DNA of 64,000 nucleotides from Octopus vulgaris (taxonomy: Eukaryota). Below the pieces are notes generated by a model. It worked only from the letters and a program-made list of their open reading frames with translations, did no database searches and was not told the DNA's origin. The translations under genes were made by a program, and so were the position numbers. This document shows, piece after piece, positions 25,376 to 37,948 of the stretch. The first letter of the stretch is position 1, and each line of letters begins with the position of its first letter. The stretch spans positions 41,974,001-42,038,000 of the forward strand of contig OX597822.1 in assembly GCA_951406725.2 (NCBI GenBank). The letters run 5' to 3'.

Positions 25376-26285
25376 GACTGGTCATAATATCAACAAGAAA
25401 TGTAAATGTATCACCATTTGGCTCAAGCAGTGACACATGAAGCCATGAAATATCAACATTCATGCACACACACACACACATGCATGCATGCACATATGTG
25501 TAGTGAAAGCTCATAGCCTAGTGATCAAAATATTGTACTCATAAATGCAAGATCATGGCTTTGATTCCAGGACAGGGCAGTGTGTTGTTCATGAGCAAAA
25601 CTTATTTCACATTGCTCTGCAATCACTTTGACATCCGACCTTTGGTACACTGTGCACCTGTGCAGACAATGTTGATTCGATCGAGGAAGTGAATGAATGT
25701 ACAACACATTCACTCACTATAAATAAATCATATGTGCATGGTTGTTCAGCAAGAGATTGCAGAACCCATGTCTTTTATGACAGGTGAGTCCGAAGGCTTA
25801 ACAAATCTACCATCTCAGTATGACAGGTTTAACCTCTATAAACAGGTAAGACTATATTTCACTCACCTGTTCATCATCCGCCAATCAGGTGGGACAGTTG
25901 ATAATATTTCTCAGGTTTCTGAATATAATATTTCTGGACTGAAATTGATATTGTTGTTTATTCCCTGACTTTCTGGTCTTCCCTTGTATAACTGAGACTC
26001 CCATTATTCCCCTCCTCCCTTCCTCACTGGGAATTTTCTAGAGTAAGTCGGTGAGGGTGATGGTATTGGTGGTAGTGGTGGTGGACAATACCAAGTGCCC
26101 CCACCCCCAGCCTGCCTTCCAGGCGTTAGCTTTTGATGAGATGTAAAAGAGTTACATTTCTGATTTTTGTTTCAAATAATGTCACTGGTTTCTGGTTTGG
26201 TGCCATAACAGCCTCCACATCCTTATTTCTGTGGGTGTCTTTGATGAATTTTGTCCACACACACACACCCATATGCACACACTCA

Positions 26286-26329
<44 letters not shown>

Positions 26330-26886
26330 CACACACACATACACATATGCTGGCTAGCACCCATCTAAATATTTCTCATGCCTCCCAAACTGAAGGTGAT
26401 ATAAATGCCACAAAGCTATCGTGACAAATAGTTGACTCTGTTGTCATCAACATTTTTAATGCTGTTGTTGTAACGATGCTGTTGGTGGAGTCGTCTGTTA
26501 AGTGCAATTGCTCTCAATTACCATCACCAATATCAGGAATATATTTCTCATCCACTTACCCAACTGGGATACACCCCTAATCTACTTTCAAGGATTACGA
26601 GTGAAGTGACTTGGTAAATAACATACTGAACTTCCAGCTCCAAAAATTTTGAGTTCAATTCCTTTGCAGACGTTTTGTTGCATTGTACACATCCCTAATA
26701 AGTAACAAGATTCTGTGTGTATGTATGTGCGTGTGTGTGTATGTGTGTAAAACATTTATTGCTTTGCAATGTTTCCCTATTTACATTAACCTCAGCTAGT
26801 TTCTCTTCTCTTCTTCACTTATATATAAACTCAATTTGAGTAATTCCCGTGTTATTCTGCATAATAATAATAATAATAATAATAAT

Positions 26887-27512
26887 ATCATCGTTTAACG
26901 TCCGCTTTCCATGCAGGCATGGGTTGGACGGTTTGACTGGGGACTGGTGAGCCAGATGGTTGCACCAGGCTCCAATCTGATCTGGCAGAGTTTCTACAGC
27001 TAATAATAATAATAATAATAATTCTTTCTAATTTTGGCACGAGGCTGGCAATTTTTAGGGGAGGAAGCAACTTCAGTACATTGACACACCCACTCACACC
27101 CTACTCCTGTACTTGTTCTTGTCTGGTATTATATTTCTTATTGGCCATAATGGATAAATGACGAAGTCAACTCAGCAGCATTTGAACTCAGAACATAAAA
27201 CCAGAGGGCATGCCACTAAGCATTTTGTCCAGCATGCTAACAATTCTGCCACATCACAGCCTTAATAATAATAATAATAGTAATAATAATAATAATAATC
27301 CTTTCTATTATAGGCACAGGGCCTGAAATTTTGTGGGGAGGGGACTAGTCAATTACATTGACTCCAGTACTCAACTGGTACTTATTTCATCAACCCCAAA
27401 AGGATGAGAGGCAAAGTCAGCCTTGGCAGAATTTGAACTCAGAACATAAAGACCAACAAAATATTACTGAGCATTTGTCCAACATGCTAACAATTCTACT
27501 AGCTCGCCACCA
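26887..27512 (-). mobile_element. Cluster: family C 3' fragment plus two family B SINEs separated by (AAT)n
   Basis: C at 26887-27001; B at about 27025-27262 and 27298-27512. (AAT)n tracts at 26862, 27001 and 27263. Confidence 0.8.
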
Positions 27513-27515
27513 TAA

Positions 27516-27735
27516 CCCTTTTGTTAGCGTATTTATTTTGAGATGCTCTGTGTTTCTTTCAGTTACTTTAAAGATAACAAAGAATTTAGTAAAACAACTT
27601 CGTTATCATTCAGCTAGTGTTAGGAACATAAATTAAGACTAATGTTTGGTGGAAGATTTTAATTCAAAACTTACGGAAACAAAACATTCACACTCAGAGC
27701 CAGAGCTGGTGTCAGCCAGTTTGGTAATGAAAGGG
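27516..27735. mobile_element. piggyBac-type MITE, family 2
   Basis: (A)TAA|CCCTTTTGTTA ... TAATGAAAGGG|TTAA, 220 bp. Colinear with 33204-33423. Confidence 0.88.
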
Positions 27736-28329
27736 TTAATAATAATTATAATGATGATGATGATGAAATTATATAATGTTGGTAATGACAGGGATGAGTT
27801 GTTTGAAAAAGTTGGTCATAGTTGGAGTTATGGAATTTCTCTAACCCAGTGAAGAAAAGAAACAAAACCGAATTAACAGATGAATGATTGCTTTGTCTTT
27901 TTGTAGCAGAAGTGGTGGTGGTGATGGCGGCTGTAGCAACAGCAGCCATAAGATGACAATGTTTGTTGCTTGCTTTAGTTTCACTTAGTTATAAATACAT
28001 CGGTGTCCACTTGAAAATAATGGTGATTGAGTTTGTTGTGTTGTAGTGGTTGTTCCACTTGAGGCTTACTAACCAGTTGTGTCTGAAGTGGTGGACACAG
28101 GCTACTAATGCCAGCCATTGTCTTTTGATATCTGCGGACAATGGAGCACCACTTGGTGCTGCTATGTCTCTCTCTCTCAGAACAGCTGTTCTTTAGGACA
28201 CACACACACACATATCATATAGTAATGAATATCAATAACCACTGCATGTTGGAAGATGTAGTGTCATCCTCGCTAAGAAAGAGACTAAGTATATTTAGTT
28301 GAATTGATCGACAGGTCACCACACCTTCC

Positions 28330-28477
28330 ATTGGCCTGTCAGAGTTGCTGAAGCATGGAATAAACTGCCATGACACTGCATCTTTTAAGGCCCTCATGCT
28401 TTCCGAAATCCGCCGAAACTTCACCTGATTATATATACACTTTAGATGAGTTGTAGTGCACCTGAGCACTGTACACA

Positions 28478-28520
<43 letters not shown>
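28330..28520 (+). pseudogene. CR1-clade LINE extreme 3' fragment
   Basis: RVAEAWNKLP, then DTASFKALMLSEI after a frameshift. Ends gtagtgcacctgagcactgtacaca(att)n, the same 3' end as the 17038 copy. Confidence 0.75.
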
Positions 28521-28589
28521 GAGCTGACAATGGACCGCACTACAACACCATCATAACTACCTTCAGGTCTTGGTTCTACTTGATGAGAG

Positions 28590-28637
<48 letters not shown>

Positions 28638-28639
28638 CA

Positions 28640-28850
28640 ATATGTGACCGCGTGTGTATCGTTGTCGAATTTTTTTCCTCCGTCTTCCCTTCCTTGGACC
28701 TTTCCTTTTTCTATGTTTCTGATGAAGACCTCCGCTCGAAATATTAAATCCGCCTTCTTTCTTTCCTTTCCTGAGTGTCCAATAACACTATACTTGTTCC
28801 ACGTCCTCGTATTGTTGTGTTTTCTCTTTGTCCATGTTTGGATTAACTAT
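28640..28850 (+). mobile_element. Penelope-like terminal-repeat fragment with degenerate minimal hammerhead
   Basis: CpG-rich island between (TA)n tracts containing CTGATGA-agacctccgctc-GAAA-tatta. Confidence 0.55.
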
Positions 28851-29429
28851 ATATATGTATATATATATATATTATTCTTATAAAAGAATGTTGACAGGGA
28901 TTTCAAAGTTTCAGCCAGCTAAGCTATCATTGGACAATGACTCAGCTGTCAATAACATTCTTGCATAAGAATAATGAATTGCCATTTTTACAAAAGTATA
29001 GAGTGACCCATCAGATTAATGTAAAATTGCTTTTATTATAACTGAACATAAAAACAAACATTGAAAGAGGCATCCGCACACACACACAGACACATACATA
29101 CATCATTATTATTCAACAAGAATAGATTTGACAGTGACTTTGAAGTTTCAATGAGCAAGCCGAAACTTTGCAACAACTGTCAAAACTATTCTTGTTAAAG
29201 AATAATAAATATGTACATGACAAAAAGTATTGAGTAATTCTTCAGTTTAATTTTTAAATGTTTTAATTGTAACTTGACACAAAAAAACATTCACCAATGT
29301 GTATATATGCATATGTATGTGATTGTACAAACCGAATGTAATGGTGTGTGTGTGTATATAATGTCTGTTTACTTCATGTCCACTGCTTCATTAACTGTGT
29401 CACACATTCAGATCATAGCAGTAACATCT

Positions 29430-29640
29430 TCCACAGTCGTTTGACCTGCTAGAAATAGTAGCCAAATTTCTCTCAAGTAACAGCCTACCTTCTCAAAAAA
29501 TGGGAGCAGCATATTGTATAATGTAGTCCCAAAATAGATTGAGTCCGAGAGAAAAAACTAGATGGCATGGTCATGTCTAGAGTGCTTTTGCTCATAGGTC
29601 TGCTTGATCAGCCAAACCTGATTTGGGAGCTAAATAACAT
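29430..29640 (+). mobile_element. Interspersed repeat family F (SINE/LINE 3' end with (ACA)n-like tail)
   Basis: ttgacctgctagaaatag(t/c)agccaaat...atggtcatg...cataggtctgcttgatca...gggagctaaa. Related pieces at about 1320, 1725, 3400(-), 5430(-), 33105-33490(-), 33925(-), 38665(-), 41840(-) and 63520. Confidence 0.7.
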
Positions 29641-30185
29641 GATATCACTGCACAAGAACTACCCTAAATACACCTATTTTTCAGGGTATGTATTTAGTGT
29701 GTGTTTCTCATATACCTCAACAATATTTCTCGTTATTTCAGGTGTTTTTATACACTGTGTATTAGATATACTATTTCTGGTCAAAACATTCTGACATTCA
29801 TTTCTTTTACAAAATGATGTACAAGATTACTATGTTATGTTTAGGAGGCCTTCTCTCACTACTTGTGACCCGTGGCCCTTTGGTATGCATGGTACTTATG
29901 ATATAATCCACTAACATCCAACACTATATATCAACCACTACTTTGATCAGTAGTACTATACATACATACCAGAGGCAAATTCTTCCATCATTGACATCAG
30001 TGCTTTAGGAGATGAGTGGAATGAAAACTGCTTTACTCATAAAACAGGTAAGTGTTAGCAATAGGAAAGGCATCCAGCTGTAAAACAGTGCCTCAATAAT
30101 ATGTATTCACCTAACCCATGCATGAAAAAATGATTGCAAAACAAATGAATGAACACATGAATAACTTTATGTATGTCTAAACAAG

Positions 30186-30580
30186 TGCAGGCATGGCTGT
30201 GTGGTAAGAAGTTTGCTTCCTAACCACATTGTTCTAGGTTCAGTCTCACTCCATGGTACCTTGGGGAAGTGTCTTCTACTCTAGCCTCAAGGTGGCCAAA
30301 GCCTTGTGAGTGGATTTGGTGGGTAGAAACTGAAAGAAGCCCATCATATATGTAAATGTGTGTGTGTGTGTCTTTGTCCTCCCACCACTGATTGACAACC
30401 AGTTTTGGTGTGTTTAAGTCCCTGTAACTTAGTAGGTCAGTAAAAGAGACCAATTAAAATAAGTATTAGACTTTTAAAAAAATGAGTACTGGAGTCGATT
30501 CATTCAATTAAAATTCTTCAAAGTGGTGCCCCAGCATGGCCACAATCTAGTGACTGAAACAAGTAAAAAATAAGAGATAA
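30186..30580 (+). mobile_element. SINE family A, full length
   Basis: Colinear with 11903-12307. Confidence 0.88.
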
Positions 30581-30627
30581 AAAGAAGTCCATTTGTACAA
30601 AAGATTCTGGATTCACACAGATACATC

Positions 30628-30662
<35 letters not shown>

Positions 30663-31229
30663 TATACACATACACATATATGAATACACACACACACACA
30701 CACATGCATATATATATATATATATATTTTTTCTTTTTTCACTCACACATACACAGTTGTAATTAGCCCACACCTCCGTCATTTCTTTCCTCCTACCCCT
30801 CCGGCTAAGAACTTCCAACAATGTCTTCAGTGTCATTAGACCATATTTAGATACCTCCTACCATGATGACTCTCATTGTTTGTCACGGAGTATTTTTGTC
30901 TCTTTAATTGCAACCTTGTAGATTTAGTGTCATCCATTAAGGCATTTTGAGACTAACTAAAGACGCCCGTTGATTCATGTGCTGGTGTATCTCAGGCAAT
31001 GTGTTTTGTAAGTTGGGGAGTAGGTCAGTGCAGTCACATATTCCTTTGTTATTAATGTTACGTATGAGTTACTACAAAGTGATAGAGTAGCATAACAAAT
31101 TGTCAACTAGATACCGTGATGGGGAGTTTAAGTTCTCTCTCGTAACTGTGAGCACTTTCAAGTCCATAATCAGCTGGTTTGTATTCAGCTGGATGAACTG
31201 AGAGAAAAGGAAAATCAGGAATATTGAGA

Positions 31230-31864
31230 GCCAGGAATGGCTGTGTGGTAAGTAGATTGCTTACCAACCACATGGTTCCGGGTTCAGTCCCACTGCTAGG
31301 CTCCTTGGGCAAGTGTCTTCTACTATAGCCTCGGGCCAACCAGAGCCTTGTGAGTGGATTTGGTAGACGGAAACTGGAAGAAGCCCGTCGTATATATATT
31401 TCTTTACTACCCACAAGGGGCTAAACACAGAGGGGACAAACAAGGACAGACAAAGGGATTAAGTCGACTACATCGACCCCAGTGCGTAACTGGTACTTAA
31501 TTCATCGACCCCGAAAGGATGAAAGGCAAAGTCGACCTCGGCGGAATTTGAACTCGGAACGTAACGACAGACGAAATACGGCTACGAATTTCGCCCGGCG
31601 TGCTAACGTTTCTACCAGCTCGCCGCCTTACATATATGTATATATATATGTGTATATATATATGTGTGTTTGTGTGTCTATGTTTGTCCCCACAACATTA
31701 CTTGACAACCAATGCTGGTGTGTTTACATCCCTGTAACTTAGCAGTTCGGCAAAAGAGACCGATAGAATAAAAGAAGAAGTCCTGGGTTCGATTTGCTCG
31801 ACTAAAGGCGGTGCTCCAGCATGGCTGTAGTCAAATGACTGAAACAAGTAAAAGAGTAAAAGAG
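31230..31864 (+). mobile_element. SINE family A interrupted by an antisense family B SINE
   Basis: 5' half at 31230-31399 and 3' half at 31630-31864 match 11903-12307. Confidence 0.88.
31400..31629 (-). mobile_element. Young family B SINE with a variant 3' tail
   Basis: Minus strand ggcggcgagctggtagaaacgttagcacgccgggcgaaa...gagttcaaattccgccgaggtcgactttgcctttcatcctttcggggtcgat; CpG-rich. Confidence 0.9.
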
Positions 31865-33203
31865 CCAGAAATGTAGAAATATATGCGTCCTTTTACTGCT
31901 CTGCAATAACAAATATGTCCTTCCATGTATCCAACTCCAGTCAGGAGTTCAGAATAGGGTTCTGCTTCTTTATGAAATCCATCATCACAGTTCAGAGGTT
32001 TAAAGCATCTGTGTGTCTCTCTAAAAGCTGTGTTCTTGTATTTCCTCAGTATATTGATTTGTGCTGAAACACTTGTAAAGTACCCTACCAGTGCAATATA
32101 CATACATTGAATCAGTGTATTGATAATGGTAAATCAAGCATAACACATTACATTATTGTGCTTATACTTACTTTTTTGTGTTTGTTTGTGTCTCCTCGTC
32201 TCGTCATCATTGTAATCGCTGTAAAATGATTGCCAGCATCATTCAAGCAGTGTCCTTCATTTCCAATCTTCCATGAAAAACATGTCTAGCCATAGGAAAA
32301 TCTTTCCTTAATTAGAAACAGTTGGTGACAAGAAGGGCATACAGCGGTAGAAAATCTGCCTCAATTCCACCCGATCCATGCAAGCATGGAAAAGTGGATG
32401 TTAAAACACTGATGATAATGATGATGACCCTTTTTCAGTGTGTTTACATCTTTTTTTTTTTTATTACCTCAGTGTGTTTACAACTTAACTACATTAGTGT
32501 ATTTTTTTTAAAAAAACCCATTTCAGTGCCTAAATAATTTTGTGTTGTGTTAGTCTCAGTCAGGATTAGCTGTAATCCATACATGTAAATGGCATGGTTA
32601 TACTTTCTGATAAGCTAGTAAGAAGGTAGGGGGAGTCAAATTGCCAAAATAACATTGAAGACTGGAACAATTCTGATTATTTATGTCACACAGACACAAT
32701 TCAGTTCTTGTGGTTTATACACCATCTCTTTTTGAGGGTTTTTTTTCTTCATTTCTGATTATATTCTCCAGCAAACTGTTTCGAATTTCAGCTTTGGACT
32801 CATAAAATAACTGACAGGCTATATGTATTTCCACTGTTGTTTAGTTTAAATGACTTAGTGTTTAAATTTTGACAAATTTGGAATTCAAATCTTTAAATCT
32901 ACTTTTCTACACTAAACATAGTTTTCCAAATTCCTATTTTCACATAATCATCTCATGGTTGTTTATACCAGATATATATTAACGGGACGCTTTTATTGAA
33001 TAATCCAACATGTCCAGCCATCACCATAACAACACCTGCAACCGTGGTTACTTAGCCATTATAATCCACCACTGCATCTCAATATATTGCTGCTGTTGTA
33101 GCTATTGTTGTTTAGCCCTTGGTCAGTTTTGATTTAGATAGGAAACCAGCAGCCCATCATTATGTATATCAAGGACTACGTTGCCCAGTGTATATTTATT
33201 TAA

Positions 33204-33423
33204 CCCTTTTGTTACTGTATTTATTTTGAGATGCTCTGTGTTTCTTTCAATTACTTTAAATATAACAAAGAATTTAGTAAAATAACTTAGTTATCATTCA
33301 GCTAGTGTTAGGAACATAAATTGTGACTAAAGTTTGGTGGAAGATTTTAATTCAAAACTTAGGAAAACAAGACATTTGTACTCAGAGCCAGAGCCAGTTT
33401 CAGCCGGGTTGGTAATGAAAGGG
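33204..33423. mobile_element. piggyBac-type MITE, family 2, inserted in a family F repeat
   Basis: TTAA|CCCTTTTGTTAC ... GTAATGAAAGGG|TTAA, 220 bp. Confidence 0.9.
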
Positions 33424-34874
33424 TTAATAAGACATGATTTGAAGGACAGTTAGCTGCTATTTCAAATAGATAAAGTAACCAAGTAGAGGCTTATTATTTA
33501 GTTCATAGTCATTTATAGTTTGTGGTAACAATTGTTTACAATTTGCATGATAGCTACATCGTGTGTTAACATGTGTTAAGATGTCATATGTCGACATCAC
33601 AAATATGATTATGTTACCTACATTTCATTTCAAGATGCAACATTCAAAATTCTCTTGCTCACCTTAACCATTTAGTGAAATGATTCATTCATACTAATTT
33701 ATTCAACGAAGTGATTCACTCACCTTAATCACTCAATAATGTGTATCATCCACTGAAGTTCACTTTAGCTACATGAGGATCTCTGCCAGGTTGACACAAA
33801 TGATTCCAGAGTTTTAAGTTCATCAGAAACTCTTGAATGGTCAGCTGTTTATTGATTGAGAACAAGAGATTTTTCAAATATGTTATCAGAAGTTATAAAC
33901 TAGTTCTGTTTCTATGGTTGATATAAAGTTGTTGTTTAACTCCAAGTTTGTTTCAGCTCACCTCTGATAAAAGCTTTTCCAAGACCACTCAATCTAATGC
34001 ACCCACCATTTTTTTCAAGATCATGGGATGATTTTTAGGGAGATTTAGTAACTATTTCTAGCAGCTACATAAAAGGCTATCTTGTAAATGATAAATCAAG
34101 AATAGATTTGAAACTTGGGATTGTATAACGGGCTTGAGTTGTAGGAGTATGACAGTTTTATGGGATTACTGCTACAGTAGAGAATAAAGGGTTTTTCTTT
34201 GTGTGTATTAGACAGCCTTCTACAGAGTTTCCATTTACCAAATTTCACTCATAAAGTTTTGATCAACTTGAGACTGTGGTAGAAAATACTTTACCAAGGT
34301 GTCATATGCTGAGATCAAACCTGAGGCAATGCAGTTCTAAACTGAACTTCTTAATCACACAACCTTACTGTCACTTTTACACCCATAATATAACCTAAAC
34401 CTTTATATATAAGGCAGTGCTCCAGCATAGCCACAGTCAAATGACTGAAACAAGTAAAAGAATGAAAGAATCTTCATGTTTTCTTCTGACTCCTCCTACC
34501 ACACTGCTTAGAGTGCAAGTCATTGAAGAAAACCTCCTTGTAGTTGCTCAAATTTCTTGAAATAGTAACCAAATCTCTTTTAAAAGGACACATTGGATAT
34601 TGTAGTTCATGATATGTATACAAAAACATATGGAACACTTTTGATCTGCTGGATGTAAACTGACCTAGGGCTGCAAAAAATAAGACCACCACCACACTAC
34701 TACAGCCAATACTTGTAACTGACAAAGAGCATTGCCATTAGTTGGAGTTGAACCTACAATACCATTTCAACCAATTGATCAACACTTCCTCTCTACTTGG
34801 CCATTGTCTTCAATAACAGCTACATTAATTACTCTTGAAATAGATCAAGGTGCCTTATTTCCATGCAATGCCCA

Positions 34875-35070
34875 ATACCTGACCTTTAATGACACTTGGC
34901 CTCACACGATTTTGATCTCTGGTGGTACCTGACCTCATACCATTCTTACTTCTGAGGTTCTGAGGACACTTGACCTAACACCATTGTAGCATCTGCTGAC
35001 TACTTACCTAACACTAATATGTGATCTCTGGTGACATCTGACCTAACACCACTGTGACCTCTTGTGACAT
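34875..35070. repeat. Degenerate ~33-bp tandem repeat
   Basis: Units resembling ctgacctaacaccactgtgacctctggtgaca. Confidence 0.6.
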
Positions 35071-35501
35071 TTTAAACTGATCCCTTCTAGACTATTATCT
35101 CCACTCACCAGGATCAATCTCACTCCACCTCCACTCACCAGGCTGTCTTACTCTAGCTCAATTCTCCACTCAACCGGCTGTGCATCACTTCACTCGTAGT
35201 CAAAACATCAAACTTTAAGGATTGCAGTGAGGGTCTGACTCCCTTTCATCCTCACCTCTCCCAGATGCAGAAACTCCCTAAGCATAAAGTAGGGGTAGTA
35301 CAGACATGGGTGTGGTGCTACTTCCTGGCATGTGTATGTGGTGGGTATGACTGGGTGAGGAGTTACAAGTTAATCAGTTGTTGGTCCCTTAATAAGGACC
35401 CACATACTATGCTCTTTCTCCCATATCACTAAACACACTCTTTTTTCCTTCCCCTTACGTGTTCCCAGCTCCCCTCTCCTCTCTCTCTCCATTATATATA
35501 T

Positions 35502-35538
<37 letters not shown>

Positions 35539-35549
35539 TACATACATAT

Positions 35550-35584
<35 letters not shown>

Positions 35585-35623
35585 TATATACAAAATACAT
35601 ATAATATACCATATAAACATACA

Positions 35624-35656
<33 letters not shown>

Positions 35657-35793
35657 CCCCCATTGTATAACTACAACTATGATCCAACTATATACTTCCA
35701 GACTTTTCACTTCTGCTAACACCACCACCTCTACCACCACTACTTTCACTGACTTGTTCCTGTTGATAGTTACTGTGGCTGAAGCTGCTGCTG

Positions 35794-35841
<48 letters not shown>

Positions 35842-36610
35842 TTACTGTTCATGTTGTAGTTAATACCTCTCACCACTGCTACCACCATTAATAAATGTAT
35901 GTGTGTGTGTGTGTAACTAGAACTGACAGCTGAACTTAGTCTTCCTCTTTTAGTCTCATACTTTCTTCTTCTCTCTCTCTTTCTCTCCCACTTTGTTCCC
36001 CTCTCGTTTCTACTCTCTCTCTCTTCTACCACTCTTCCTCTCTGTTTTTTTCCTCCACAACAATATCAACACTCCAGTAGGCTGTTGATCTTGCCTTCAC
36101 CAGACCAAGTAGCTTGGGGTTCTCCAACAAGGTGGGGAATTACACCAGTTACACTCACTTTACCCCCACCCCCAACCCACTCCTTTACACCACCACATCC
36201 ACCACCACCACTACTACAATTACTACTTCTACTACTAAGCCATTCCTGCAAATACCAACAGTTTATTTACCACAAATCTGTGAGTCCACATTGAGAGGGG
36301 TGAAACTTTCTCCCCCACTTTCTCAGTTCTTTTTACAATTTGGTGTTGACAAATGAAGGATTAAACACCCCAGACACTGGATTACACCTTGCAGATAGTC
36401 TGTGACTGACAACAACAGCAACAAAAACATTGTGTTGATTTCTGTGGAAGTTTCTGATGATAAATTAAACACTAGTATGACTCTCTTTCTCCATGTGTGT
36501 ATGTGTAAGTATAGTTTTATTTTTTTTACTTCTGTTAATGTTAACATCAAGAAGAGCAGTAGAGTGGCAGTCTTGTTATTGTGTTCAGCGCAGTGTCTTC
36601 CAGTATTTAA

Positions 36611-36822
36611 TCCTTTAGCATTTAAACCGGCCACATCCGGGCCAAATATTCTGCGTTTTGTGTTCAAACTGACCAGATCCAACTTTTCACGCCTACCATA
36701 CAATGTCAGTCTAAACAATCACATTATCAAAATCTCACAGCTACAAAATAATGAATAATTAATTCAAAGTGAGGTGTATAAATAAGCATTACATTTGACA
36801 GAGTAATCTAAATGCTAAAAGG
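36611..36822. mobile_element. piggyBac-type MITE, family 1, nested in a decayed family B SINE
   Basis: TTAA|TCCTTTAGCATTTAAACCGGCC ... AATGCTAAAAGG|TTAA. The B-SINE continues at 36850 (gttcaaatctcagtgaggtcagc...tcatccttcc). Confidence 0.82.
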
Positions 36823-37349
36823 TTAACGGTCCTTTCTTTATATACAGTGTTCAAATCTCAGTGAGGTCAGCATTGCTTTTTCATCCTTCCAGGATCAATG
36901 AAATAAAATATTGGAGTGGTGAGTGGTATCAAGAAGCCCCTATGCCTCTAAAATCTCTGGCTTTCTGCCTATGTTAGAAAACAATGTAAACAATGACAAA
37001 CTTACATCACATTACTGATGATAGTATAACAGTGCCGCTAGTGGGATGACTGCTACCAATAGAAGTACTGTACAGATATGTATGTGTGTTTTGGTGTGCA
37101 TATCAGAGAAAGCTTATTCAATGCATATAGCAGAGTGTATTTATTAACTTCAAATATATCTTCAAATATATCATGATGATGATGATGATATCTATCTATC
37201 TAGCTATCTATCTATCCATATGTGTGTTTGTCTGTCTAACTAGCCATCTCTCTCTGTCTAACTATCTATCTATATATCTGGCTATCTATCAATCTATCTG
37301 TCTGTCTGTCTATCTGCCTATCAGTTTGTCCATAAATTTGTCTATCCAC

Positions 37350-37414
<65 letters not shown>

Positions 37415-37527
37415 CATATTATTTCTATCCATATTGTGTTAGATTTAAGGAGTTCTTTATTCCTTCAAATGCTACTGATATTGGAATGGCACCAATACAA
37501 ATTTAATGTTTTCTCTCTTTCACCTTT

Positions 37528-37622
37528 GTTTTAAACAACACATGTTCACTACTGTTTAATATATTCCTCCTTAGTTTTAAACAACACATGTTCACTACTG
37601 TTTAATATATTCCTCCTTAGTT
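37528..37622. repeat. ~46-bp tandem duplication
   Basis: ttttaaacaacacatgttcactactgtttaatatattcctccttag occurs twice. Confidence 0.9.
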
Positions 37623-37917
37623 TTTATTTCATCAATCATTTCATTTTTCTCTAACCTTGCTTCTTCCACTGAACCCTTTTTGTTGTTATTGCCCCATTAA
37701 GAGACAATTGTTTCTATGAAAGATCAAATAATTGGTTATGTATTTATTTAGCAAGATTATTCTGTGCCAGTCTGTTGTTGAAATACTGCTGTCCAGCCAT
37801 ATTATTGCTCTTGTGAAACCTAGTTCTGTTATGGCCCTATAGCCAGTCCTGTACCATTTGTTGTTAAGCAGCAGAGTCTGAAGCATGCGCGCGCGCGCAC
37901 ACACACACACTCACACT

Positions 37918-37948
<31 letters not shown>

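Noticed and set aside
36078-36279. Possible exon ending ATCT|gtgagt after a long CT tract
   Set aside because: No phase-1 acceptor or ATG in the open frame, and much of it is (ACC)/(ACT) repeat. A non-coding exon cannot be excluded.
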